A stretch of DNA of 62,375 nucleotides, the filler included, from Globobulimina sp. (Eukaryota), in the NCBI GenBank assembly GCA_003354225.1. It is 24 parts of 24 records of this genome, joined end to end, with 100 filler letters (N's around TTAATTAATTAA, not from the genome) between each part and the next. Parts side by side here need not be neighbours in the genome. Positions count along the whole stretch, not along the records: positions 46,868 to 49,369 come from PIVH01006300.1; positions 49,470 to 51,971 come from PIVH01006301.1; positions 52,072 to 54,572 come from PIVH01006302.1; positions 54,673 to 57,173 come from PIVH01006303.1; positions 57,274 to 59,774 come from PIVH01006304.1; 19 more parts are not named here. One strand, written 5' to 3'. The notes beneath the pieces were generated by a model. That model saw only the letters and a list, made by a program, of their open reading frames with translations. It was not told the origin of the DNA and ran no database searches. A program made the position numbers and the translations under genes. Positions 46,868-58,361 of the stretch are shown piece after piece (position 1 is the stretch's first letter; the number at the start of each line of letters is the position of its first letter).

Positions 46868-49265
46868 TAATCAAATTGGACGTATATATTCAGTTAATTT
46901 TAAAGAAATTGAACGTTGGTGTTTACGTAAATTATTATTACGAGTTTCGGGTGCTACATCTTTTGCACATCTTCGAACAGTGCCAAAAACAGAAGATATA
47001 AATTTTATTATTCCCCAAGAGGAACAAAAAGAAGGCAAAGAAGAGGATTTAGATGATTTTATTGTCGATGATGAGGAACCGATGGATTTGGATGACGAAT
47101 ATATTCCTGAAGAACCACACAACAATGATAATAATGGCAGTAATAACGCGCGAAGTTCAATGGAAGAAGATGAAGAAAAACAACATATGGCATCAAATAT
47201 AGACCAGACACTAGAAGATATTGTTGATTTTGATGATGAAATGGATGCAGAAGAAGCGCAGGATGAAGGATATTTTGATTTTGATGCGGCAAACGAACAA
47301 TATTATTTAGCAGGAGATATGAAAGAGGAAGAATCCACAGTCTACGCGACATTTAAAGAGGCATGCCAAGCGCGAGGCTTTTTAGATGACGATAGAGAGT
47401 GGGATTTAGCTATAACTGAAGCGAATGCAGCTGGTGCAAGTGCAAACCAATTACGGGAATTTTTTTGTTTAATATTGGTAAATAATACGCCCACCAATTC
47501 GAAGAACATATGGGATAAACATAAAAATAGATTTATGGATGACAGTGAATTTTATAGAGACGGCGATATGGATAAAGCTGAGAATTTAGCCTTATTACAA
47601 ATACAAAGTATATTAGAAACACATAGGTGTACTATGGCTCAATTTAATTTACCTCAACCCGTTCCGGACGAATTATTTGCCAATAACATACCAAAGGATT
47701 TATTAGCAGAAATAAGTTATGACATAAAGGAATGTAAAAAAAAATTGAAATTAGGGTGTCAAAAAATAAGAAGAAATAGAAAACAAAATGAGATATATCA
47801 GGAAATTCGAGCTTTAATTGATTCAGGAAACCCATCAGGTCAATATTTCTTTGTTGATGGACCAGGTGGTACGGGTAAAACACTATTATTTAATACCTTA
47901 CTCAATTATGTACGAGCCAAAGAACCAGCAGCTAATGGTGATAGACATATTGCTGTTGCATGTGCAGCCTCTGGTATCGCTGCATTATTATTATCAGGTG
48001 GTAGAACAGCACATAATAGATATGGTTTAGGTGTGGACATTGGTCCTAGAACAACCTGTAAATATGATAAATTTAGAAACTGTGCTAGAACACAAATATT
48101 AAGACGTGCAGAGATTATTATTTGGGATGAGGCGACAATGTCTTCAAAATATATGTTAAAATCCGTGGATTTATGTTTACGTGATATTATGGATAATGAA
48201 TTACCGTTTGGTGGCAAATTAATTGTATTTGGCGGTGATTTTCGTCAAACATTGGGTGTAGTAGAAGGTGGTAATAGAGCACAAGAAATTGCTATGTGTA
48301 TTAAAAGTTCCCCTTTTTGGAATGATATTAATATCAGAAAACTTACCGATAATATGAGAGTAAAAAGTAATCAAAACGAAGAGAATCGAGAAAGATTAGA
48401 AACGTGGAGTAATTATTTATTATCTGTTGGTGATGGGAAAGAAAGAGTGACTGAAGAAATACAAAAACAATTTGTAGCTGGTATAAATAACACGATTAGA
48501 TTACCAAGAAATATTATATCAAAATCAAAAACAGTTGAAGATTTAATTGATGAAATATATCCAAATTTAGAAGGTGGTATACACAATGATGATATTGAAA
48601 CGACTGCAATATTAACTCCATTAAATAAAGATGTAGACACATTAAATGAACTTGCGATGGCACGGAGTAGAGGCGAACAGTTTGCACCGGTTTATAGTTC
48701 AGATTCTGTGGTTGATGAAGGGGATGGAACATCAGAACGTTATTCAGAGGAATATTTGAACGGATTAAATGTGTCTGGATTGCCTGTACATAAATTAAGG
48801 TTAAAAAAAGGTGTACCGATTATGTTATTACGGAATTTATCACCAATAAATGGATGTTGTAATGGAACACGGTTAAAAGTTCAACATGTGGGTAAATACG
48901 TGATAAGAGGAATGATTCTTACTGGACCTAGGAAAGGATATATATTTTTTATACCACGGATTACGTTAATAACCAAAGAAGGAAAATTTGCAGGATTTCA
49001 ACTCAAACGGAGACAATTTCCAGTCCGACTTGCATATGCTATGACAATTAATAAATCACAAGGACAAACACTTGAAAATGTTGGATTATATTTACCAAAC
49101 GCATGTTTTGGTCATGGACAACTTTATGTTGCCTTATCAAGGGTTGGTGATCCAAATATGATTAAAGTTGTAGTATTACCAACAAAACAACAAGGGACAT
49201 TGAATGATGATACTTACACCAGAAATGTGGTGTATACAGAGGTTCTTGATAATTATTTAGAGTGA
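46868..49265 (+). mobile_element. Helitron Rep/helicase ORF, C-terminal Pif1 helicase part (5'-partial)
   Basis: IGRIY...LRKLLL...ATSFAHLRTV; TFKEACQARGFLDDDREW; DGPGGTGKT; ASGIAALLLSGGRTAH; IIWDE; PFGGK...GDFRQ; LRNL...NGTRL; RRQFPVRLAYAMTINKSQGQT; GHGQLYVALSRV; TRNVVYTEVL. No stops or frameshifts. Confidence 0.92.
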
Positions 49266-49563
49266 CATTATTCTTTTTTATTGTGTTAAATATTCTTTTT
49301 TCTTGCTTTAATTACTAAGTATTATTAAATTCAAAACTCCAAACAATCAGTTCTTCACTCAGTCTTGCTNNNNNNNNNNNNNNNNNNNNNNNNNNNNNNN
49401 NNNNNNNNNNNNNTTAATTAATTAANNNNNNNNNNNNNNNNNNNNNNNNNNNNNNNNNNNNNNNNNNNNTACACTAAAAGCGTTTTTGACAAATGTTTGT
49501 TACTTCAGTTGTTGGATGAGTCATGAATTAATATTAAAATAGCAACAGGTTGCAAGAGGAATA

Positions 49564-51282
49564 TCAAACCCAAGGAGTGTTACAACAATATCGACAATCA
49601 ACTTTCCATTTATTGTCATATTGGATGCTTTGATCAATATTTTTTTGTGTAATACTTATTGCATATTGTTTGAAATCACTATAACATATTTTACCAAAAT
49701 GCTTTAAAGTGCCTGCTCTTTTAACACGAACTCTAAACAACCGATCCAATCCAACCATGGCATGTGACAATTGGATACAAAGCCAACTGTGATCCCTAAC
49801 ATTCCAACTGTATTTAAATTGTATCTTTCCGATTGGATAAGCAATCAAATAATTCATCACCAGATTTTGAATAATATCTGCAAATGGTTTCAATACCGTT
49901 TCGAGAATGGGTTCAATACAGCATTCCGGTTTGACCTTGGAATGGGATGACTTTACATGAAATTTAAGCAACAATGGTCTTTTACAACTATGAGCATAAT
50001 AACATCGAATGGTATTCAACACTTTAACCAATGTCTTAGTAAAATCAGCTAAAATCTCTATTTTTGTTTCACAGAATCTGTCATTTATATTGCCATCATC
50101 TTTTAACACCATTACTAATTGGAATAATTTCAATTTTGTTTCGCAGTGTAATATTGAACTAATTGTTTTTTCAAACTTGGATGTATGGTTTTTATCATCA
50201 TCTGATATGTGAATAACTAAACATAATTTCTCCAAATTTGGTACTAATCTGCGAAGACTATGCAATGGGGAGCTTGCATTTTGACTCATTGATATGGAGA
50301 TGCATAGCTCGGTAACTTTATTTAACGCATTGCTATTATTATTGTTTAAGTATGCGGGCCCATCGAGGCCTTTATCTGAATGCGTATGCAGAGACTCTAA
50401 GTATTGGAATGCTAACAAATTGGATACAATATTTGCTGCTAATATATGACATAAGTTGTGATTACTTTCATTGTTTGGTTCCGCATACACAAATCCTTTT
50501 AAATTCGCCAATGATTGTTTAATTCTGTCAAGATTATTAAATTCATCATCCGTATTTTTACATTCTATGTGCTCCGTTGCGGCTAAATATGTATTTTCCA
50601 ACTTTAACACTTGCAAATTGTTGGGTTGTGATGGTAATATAAAATTGACGATATTTTTATATTGTGAAAATATATGCAGATCGTCATCATAATCGTAAAA
50701 GACTTGCAATGTGTCGGATAAATCACAATCAATAAAAGCAATAGATTTTAACTGATAAATAATGTGATTATAATATGAATGAGGAACACCACCAACATTC
50801 AATTTGTACTGTTTTAAGAAATATAATATATTTTGCAGCATATTCACATTTGTAAATGAAATGGTTTCCAAGAAAGACATTGGTTCGATTGCATTGCAGT
50901 TATTGTACTGATCATGATCGAAATAACATTCATCAAACATATCAAAAAAGGATAAATGCTTCACTTTACGGAATAAATTGAATATCTTTATATTGGTTAA
51001 AGTATTGAAATATTCCAAGTCAATGGATAATGTTTCTATATTTTTAAATCTATGCAGATAATTCATATTTTTCACATTTTTAAATTGATGATGTAAACTG
51101 CGATAACTCCCATCAACAATGTAATCATTGTTTGTCTCACTATATTTATAAGGATCATATCTATGCATTAAATTATTAATTGATGTCGGTGTATGGCATA
51201 TTATTGCTAATTTTCTGTCAGCTCTGGCAAGATTGATAATGGTTGACATTGTGAGAAAATGGCAAATATTGTTACTAATGAT
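49564..51282 (-). CDS. Hypothetical F-box-like / LRR-like protein
   Basis: 561-aa ORF. The in-frame 5' extension IISNNICHFLTMSTIINLARADR resembles an F-box; LRR-like LxxLxL strands recur. Confidence 0.6.
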   Translation of the reverse strand: MISNNICHFLTMSTIINLARADRKLAIICHTPTSINNLMHRYDPYKYSETNNDYIVDGSYRSLHHQFKNVKNMNYLHRFKNIETLSIDLEYFNTLTNIKIFNLFRKVKHLSFFDMFDECYFDHDQYNNCNAIEPMSFLETISFTNVNMLQNILYFLKQYKLNVGGVPHSYYNHIIYQLKSIAFIDCDLSDTLQVFYDYDDDLHIFSQYKNIVNFILPSQPNNLQVLKLENTYLAATEHIECKNTDDEFNNLDRIKQSLANLKGFVYAEPNNESNHNLCHILAANIVSNLLAFQYLESLHTHSDKGLDGPAYLNNNNSNALNKVTELCISISMSQNASSPLHSLRRLVPNLEKLCLVIHISDDDKNHTSKFEKTISSILHCETKLKLFQLVMVLKDDGNINDRFCETKIEILADFTKTLVKVLNTIRCYYAHSCKRPLLLKFHVKSSHSKVKPECCIEPILETVLKPFADIIQNLVMNYLIAYPIGKIQFKYSWNVRDHSWLCIQLSHAMVGLDRLFRVRVKRAGTLKHFGKICYSDFKQYAISITQKNIDQSIQYDNKWKVDCRYCCNTPWV

Positions 51283-51757
51283 TCATTGCATGTAATGGCC
51301 AGGGGTTTAAATGTGCCAATCAAATACGAATTGATTTTAAGGACAGATATTTACAACACTGTAATGATAATAGGGCTAAAAAATGGAACTCTGATCATAC
51401 TCGCGAGTTGTGTGTGAATTGTCGGTCCACATTTAGGTATCGTATATTGTTAAAATGTCTATATATTTCCATACATATTTTAAGAATATATGCAGTTCAT
51501 TTACAAGGAAACATCATTGCAGATTCTGCGGCGACATATTTTGTCATTCATGTTCATCGTTGAGAGTGAGAATGAAGGATCTCTATGAAAACACAAATAG
51601 GTCATTTAGTTACATAGATATGGGGGATAAACTGTACAGAATTTGTAATCAATGTTTTCGGAAAATATTAAAAGTTGATTGTGATATTTGTGAGTTTTCA
51701 TTTTGTTTAATTTGCGGCAATCGCTGGCATGACAAACAATATTGTCCTAAGAAATAA
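51282..51757 (+). CDS. FYVE zinc finger + IBR-like fragment (no clear start; possible pseudogene)
   Basis: WNSDHTRELCVNC (intron about 51437-51494) FTRKHHCRFCGDIFCHSC...RICNQC, then CDICEFSFCLICGNRWH. Confidence 0.7.
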
Positions 51758-52071
51758 ATATTATATATAAGCATTTTGCACATAAATAGCAACAAAACTT
51801 ATGTTAAAAGGTAACCATATTCATTTTTTCAATGTGGCAATATCCATAAACCCAATAGAGTTTGTGCATTTAAGTGAATTGAAAGTAAAATCACTAATCG
51901 AATTAGTTTTCACTCGTCAACTTAACAATGGCGACTCCACCAAACTTGCAAGGCCCACGGGATGAGCCAAANNNNNNNNNNNNNNNNNNNNNNNNNNNNN
52001 NNNNNNNNNNNNNNNTTAATTAATTAANNNNNNNNNNNNNNNNNNNNNNNNNNNNNNNNNNNNNNNNNNNN

Positions 52072-53427
52072 TGAAAAGCGCTGAAATTTTGTGTTGGTAG
52101 AGTTTAATTTTACATCTACAGTTGCTCGCAAATTTTTAGCTATAGCACCATGTAACCATTTATTTGTTTGCAATTCCTTTGCAGAGGGTCTCTGCGAAAC
52201 ATTTTGACAAAAACACTGACATAAAAATTGTTTAAATAAATTTGATATATCTGGCGGAAGAGCTGGATGCATATCGGACATAATTCGAAATAATGCTGGA
52301 AGTGGTAATAAAGTATGATATGGTGGATAGCCAACAAATAATTCGATAGCTGTGGCGCCAACAGCCCATATATCGGATGACATTGTTTTATTTGACATTT
52401 CTATCATTTCTGGAGCCATCCAATAAACAGAGCTCTGTGTCTCTATATCATTATCATTAAAATCAATTTTTAAACCAAAATCCGATAATTTAACACATTC
52501 ACAGTCATCAATCAGCACAGTTTCCTTTGTTGTGGTATATAACAATCAATAGAAGTGACTAATTATTGTCATATAAATGTACTTAACAGCTCTCAGATTG
52601 CCGTGTATTATTCCTCGTTGATGTAAAAAATCCAAACCACATAAAATTTGTGCAATCAATGATGCAACCTTTCTCTCATTAAAGTTGCCAATCAGTTTCA
52701 AAACGGATGCCAATGAACCTCCATTCACAGATTCGAACACAATTCCAAATTCCGATTCGTTTTGAATCATTTCGATGTAGTTTACAATATTTTGATGGGA
52801 AACTGATGCTAATAAAGAGATGTTCGACTCAAGGTTGTGTTGTTCAGATTTAGTTATTATTTCTTTCGAAATTAATTTGATTTCATACACTTCCAATGTT
52901 TGTGTGTTGAGAGCTTTCATGGTTTTATAACGCTGGGAAGCAGAATAACGTGATAATTGTTTCATGATTTTATAATGTGAGAATCGTTGTGTATTTACAG
53001 ACCGTACTTTGCAGTCTCTCCTCGTTTGGAATCCTGGGGCATATTGTAAATCTTTCCAATTATTTCTATCGGCTCTACGGACTCTAGGTTGATCCCCACC
53101 ACATTCACACCATAATGAGAATTCATACTTTATGTCAAATATTTCTCTAATTTTGGATATCATAGAATCCAGCGAATCATCAATAGGACAGTATAATATA
53201 CATTTTATACTCCAGAAATGTAATATTTTCATTTTTAATGGTTTTGCATAATAAAGCAATATAACGTCTGTCACAGTGGGAGGTATAGATAAATGAAATG
53301 ATTGTAAAACAATTGAAATGCCTCTGCAGAATCCTGCAATTAAAATAATATGTTGTGATTTAATATGTAATTTGCTTACGATTGTTTCTGCTTTGCATTC
53401 AATATCAACAAAGTCTTTACAATCCAT
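52072..53427 (-). CDS. Cdc7(S. pombe)/Cdc15/MAP3K-epsilon-like STE-group pseudokinase (3'-partial)
   Basis: Intron 52525-52587 gives HGNLRAET...VKLSDFG...YWMAPEMIEM...SDIWAVGAT..EL..G.PPY...PALFRI. No Gly-rich loop. Confidence 0.8.
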
Positions 53428-53469
53428 GATTAGCTAAAGTTTTTTTTCGCCCTTTAATGTTTTCAGCAC

Positions 53470-54516
53470 ATGGAAGAGGAGACCAAAACCGACGTTAAAT
53501 CAGAATATAAATATCCAGAGATTGATTGGGATAATATACTACCAAAATTACCGATAGATAATGATGGTTATGTTTTCTCATTTGAAATTCTAATCGATTC
53601 AGATGATGAAAAAACGAAACAAAAAAATAAACGTGAAATTCAGGATTTCTTTGATAAATTTGGTGTTGTAGTAATTAACAATATATTGGATGAAAAAGAA
53701 GCAGATTTATCCTGTAATGAATTATTTGATTATATAGAAAAGAATTTTGAAGGATTTGATAGAAACAATGCAAATACATGGCATACAATACAAGGTTTAT
53801 CCGCCAAATTAGGACTGATTACAGATTGGCCAGTTATGTCACCACAAATTGTTAAAAACCGTATTAATAGAAAATTATACACTGCATATTCCTATATCTT
53901 AGATACAGAAATTAATAATATCTACACAAATATTGGTCGAGTGGGTTGGATGCGACCTACCAAAAATATAAAATTTTCAGAGAATCAAATTGAAGATAAA
54001 CCCGAATGGAAAACACAAGACGGTACAAAATGGTTACATTTGGACTATGATCCTTTATCAAACCATTGGACCACATTTGGTTTAATGCCCAGAAATGGGG
54101 TGAAATATGCAAAAATGGATAGATTTAACTATGTGCGGACACAAGCTATATTAGCATTGGATGATTGTGGATTAAGTGATGGTGGCTTTCAATGTGTTGC
54201 CGGCTTTCACAAAATTATGAATGGTGTTTGGATAAAAGAATATGGAAAAGAGTTTGTTGAGAAAGGTGTATTTCAGCATAGATATCAATTTGCATCAAGC
54301 GATCCTTTAATTAAATATATTACAAAATGTCCATTAAAAAAAGGAAGTTTTTTAGTATGGAATTCAAAGTTACCACATAATAATTTTAGCAATAATTCGA
54401 ATCACGGGAGAAAAGTTCAATATATTAAATATGCGCGGTACGTAGTGTTGATCGGTGGTAACAACGCTCATTTGACACATATGTGTTATAACCAAATCAA
54501 AAACACCTTGCAGTGA
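53470..54516 (+). CDS. Phytanoyl-CoA dioxygenase (PhyH)-family 2OG-Fe(II) oxygenase
   Basis: FFDKFGVVVI; WLHLD; GGFQCVAGFH; KGSFLVWNSKLPH; R.VQYI. The 3' end probably continues after an intron. Confidence 0.8.
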   Translation: MEEETKTDVKSEYKYPEIDWDNILPKLPIDNDGYVFSFEILIDSDDEKTKQKNKREIQDFFDKFGVVVINNILDEKEADLSCNELFDYIEKNFEGFDRNNANTWHTIQGLSAKLGLITDWPVMSPQIVKNRINRKLYTAYSYILDTEINNIYTNIGRVGWMRPTKNIKFSENQIEDKPEWKTQDGTKWLHLDYDPLSNHWTTFGLMPRNGVKYAKMDRFNYVRTQAILALDDCGLSDGGFQCVAGFHKIMNGVWIKEYGKEFVEKGVFQHRYQFASSDPLIKYITKCPLKKGSFLVWNSKLPHNNFSNNSNHGRKVQYIKYARYVVLIGGNNAHLTHMCYNQIKNTLQ

Positions 54517-54672
54517 TCACGCATCGTGATAACGAGTGTTTGTTAACTATTTTGTATACACTGTTGTCACCANNNNNNNNNNNNNNNNNNNNNNNNNNNN
54601 NNNNNNNNNNNNNNNNTTAATTAATTAANNNNNNNNNNNNNNNNNNNNNNNNNNNNNNNNNNNNNNNNNNNN

Positions 54673-56924
54673 ATATTATAATAATTTTTTTTGGCTGCAA
54701 AAAATAGACAAGTTTGGCCGAATTCATCTTGCAATGTTAAATCTGGATGACAGTCCAATATGCAACTTATACTTTTTATAGATTCAGATTGCACTGCTAA
54801 CATTAAGGCAGTTAGACCTTGTGAATCTTGATAATTTATATCAATGCTATCCATATATGATAACAATAAGAAGGACACAATCTTGTGATTGCCTAACAAT
54901 GAAGCATACATTAATGCAGTTTTCGACGTTTTATCCGCTTTATTAACATCGAGGTGATTATCAATTAATATTTTCGCAGTCGCATAGGAATCATTTTGGG
55001 CGCAATGTATTAATGAAGTTCTACCATATTCATCTTGCAAATCTATATTCGCATTATATCGCAACAATGTCCTTGCCACTTCACTATGGTTATATATACA
55101 AGAAGTCATCAAAGCGGTTAACTTTGTATCCGAATCATACGATATTTGTAATGTGTCCACATTTTTGATTTTACCAGTTTTTACCATTTCTAATATCCGT
55201 GAATGTTCCCCTTTTGCTGCAGCTTCGAACCATTGCGATGTAATATCATTACGAAAATCCAGTCTCCCTTTTCTTGCGTCGTGCTCTAGCAATGGGCCAA
55301 TGCAGTTTTTACCTTTTTTCTTTGCTCTTTGCAAGGATAAATCAGCGCGTTGTATCCAATCCGCAGGGGACTCGTCCACAAATAACAGCGGAGTCTCTTT
55401 GTTTTTCTTGTCAGATTTGAGCATACTTATTCCCATTGACACAGTCATATAAACGTCGGCTAGTTGCGTCTCCAAATCGTATTCAATGTAACCATATTTC
55501 CGTTTATTATTGTTCTGATTCTGTTCATTTATATATACAGTCTGGTTTTCAGTCAATTTGCCCACTCTCATCGGTATACAATTGCATCGGATTTTGGTTA
55601 AGATTGTACCCGCTAACCGTTGCAAGTCATCATTCGTATCAATGGGTGTCAACAATGCAAATTGATCCGAATCTAAATGAAATACTTTTTGTTCTGAAGA
55701 TGTTACACAGGAATAGATGCTTTGCGATAAATGTCGCAATAAATTGGGAGCAATTTCCTGCTCCTCCTTATTAACAATACTATTTCCATTCTGATTGTGT
55801 GTTAGCTGAGCATCGCATATTGAGACACATTTCTTATTCAATTCATCCGTGATTTTCGCAAAATTATCAACATCAATCAATAATAGGCCCCATTCTAAAT
55901 ATTTTGAATATTGATTCAAATCTAATTCGTGGCTATCATCATTCAAATCTAGTTCGGTCTGTTCTGTCTGTTCAGATAATAAATATTTGCCATAAAATAT
56001 TTGATCCGCAATCTTAATAAATGCATTGTTATTTGGTAAGCCAGTAATAAAGTTCCTGGACACAGTGGTCGCATCCATGGGATCTTTGGTGCGCAGACAG
56101 GTGTCACTGACAATGCGTAATAAATAACGGACTGATGACAAGGTTGAGTCTCTGTTGATGACATTCATTTCAATTTCATCGCATAATACTTCTAAACGGT
56201 CGCGTATTTCTAATAATATCGGCTTCATTTCTGATGGATTGTTATATTGCCGGCTATGAATGGGAGCAGCGCCTAACTCTGCGAATGACATTGGAATTAA
56301 AAAATTGCGAAATTCATTACAATTTACAATGCCTGGATGGTGTTTGATGTCATCCATATATTTTTGCAATTGCACTCGTCTCTGTTGAATAAATCCAGGC
56401 TTAAACCGACCAAAATGTTGTTTTGGTGGTAGCCTGGCGGCTAAATCAGGCACAATTCGCAATAACTGTTTATGTAAAGTTTCAAAGTGATTGTATCTTT
56501 TCCATAATTGCCACTTAAGCGGTATCTTATAGTCACTGTCGGATACCATTAAGTTATAGGCTACGAATGGTTTGCCTTGTTTCTGTTGTGATGGTTCTTT
56601 GCCTGTATCGGATACTTCTATTTGTAAATTAGGGGTGAATTCATGCGCTATTAATTGTTCATCTGTTCCGCTTAATATTAAGCATTGTCGAAATTTTATC
56701 GAGACGGGTAATGATGCATCTCGTAACACTGATATTATTTTAGAAAATTCCCATGTTTCCACTACAATGTCATTGATTTGCGTGATCCACGAGCCAACAT
56801 ACAATGATTTGGCTAGTATTGGGTTTAAAATTGCTTTTACAATGGCGTTTTTATTATGATCATCACCAACAATACGAAATCCATACGGCTTAGTCTCAAA
56901 TTGCAGTTCGTATGAAGCTGTCAT
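54673..56924 (-). CDS. PDZ + PX + degenerate GGDEF + ankyrin-repeat protein (3'-partial)
   Basis: PDZ (KPYGFRI...VGSWITQIND); PX (KRYNHFETLH...LPPK...IQQRRVQLQKY); GGDEF fold (LLLIDVDNF...FHLDSDQFALL...TVSMGIS...IQRADLSLQRAKKKGKN); ankyrin repeats (QDEYGRTSL, QDSQGLTALM). One continuous frame. Confidence 0.85.
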
Positions 56925-57410
56925 GTATTGTGTGCATAGAGGACTAGAAAACAATAGCTTTGGAAACGCTTTGCTTGATATGACTAAATTACTGTCACAT
57001 TGGTAGCACGTAAACGAATACACAGTTTCGATAATTTGACTACAAATAAATGGGTCGTTTTTCAATTTGGGACAGAAAGCCAAAAGGATGACTAGCTTAC
57101 TTCGTGAAAACTTTAATATCAGGGTTATCACCTCATAAACTGCAACGGACGAAAGTTTAGAATATGGGAGATTNNNNNNNNNNNNNNNNNNNNNNNNNNN
57201 NNNNNNNNNNNNNNNNNTTAATTAATTAANNNNNNNNNNNNNNNNNNNNNNNNNNNNNNNNNNNNNNNNNNNNACGGTAATGCAGCCACTATTTATTAAT
57301 ATTTTAGCTGCACAGAATCAAAACTTTTCGTTTTATGCATACAAATAGACGGAGATTTTATATGTAAATAACCGTAATACAATACCTTAATTTAATATCA
57401 ATGTATAAAG

Positions 57411-58282
57411 GTTATGCTGTTTCCGTGGCAGAAAATCGTTATCATACTATGGATCCGTCATTTTCCTAACAGGTAAAATATTAATATTTGTCATGATCAA
57501 ATTATAAAATGCATTTTCAAATAACAGGATCGTGTGTTACTTTGGTAAAGAATTTGTTTTATTTACTTGACGTGCCACTGGCAAACATGGCAGGTGCTGT
57601 TATGTCGTTATTTAGCGGTTGCTGCTATACCATTGGTGGACTGTGCTTTATGTATCCGAATAAATGTTGGATTTGGCGTCCATATAAATTGGCGTGGTGG
57701 AGTGCGTGGTTTTGGGGCATTGGAGGATTTTGTTTTTTGTTGTTTGGGGTTGGTTCGTTTTTCCCGGATAATGCAAAAGTTACTTTGTGGTTAGCTCAAA
57801 TACCCAGCTTATTAGGGATGGTATGCTATTTATCTGCAGATATGATATCTGTATTTATGTGGAAATTGGAGCAATATGGAAATGTATTTTTGCCATTTTT
57901 AAATGAAAATAAGATGAGAAAAAGGAAGAGCGTGTTATATCGGGATCTATTGTTTATATTTGTATATATATTGTCAGCCACTGTATTTTTGATTGGATTA
58001 TGTTATGCTTCGTTATGTCATTGGTTTCAAGATTGGATAAAAGGATATGTGTTAGGTTTAACTGCATCATTTGCTATATTGTTAATGGGCAGTTTTCTTC
58101 ACGCTGAACCAGAGAAAGCACCGTTTTCATATTTATTGTGGTATTTGAGATTTTATTTTGTTTGGATGACTATCAATGCAATAATCGATACATATCATAT
58201 TTCTGGCACGCAATGTCATAAATATGGATCGCCTGGCATGGACTGTTCCGATCTACGCGCTCAATGTGACACTACCACTTGA
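57411..58282 (+). CDS. Multi-pass membrane protein (YrhK-like repeats), 5'-partial
   Basis: Repeated helices SYYGSVIFLTG, AWWSAWFWGIGGFCF, SLLGMVCYL; intron 57473-57527. Confidence 0.6.
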
Positions 58283-58361
58283 ATATATATTACGTAATGT
58301 AAGATTTTGTTCGTTGGATTATAACTTGGATAATACAAATCAACTTGACTAGTTGACTATA

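Noticed and set aside
49266-49369. Helitron 3' terminus (hairpin + CTRR)
   Set aside because: No GC-rich hairpin is visible before the contig ends.
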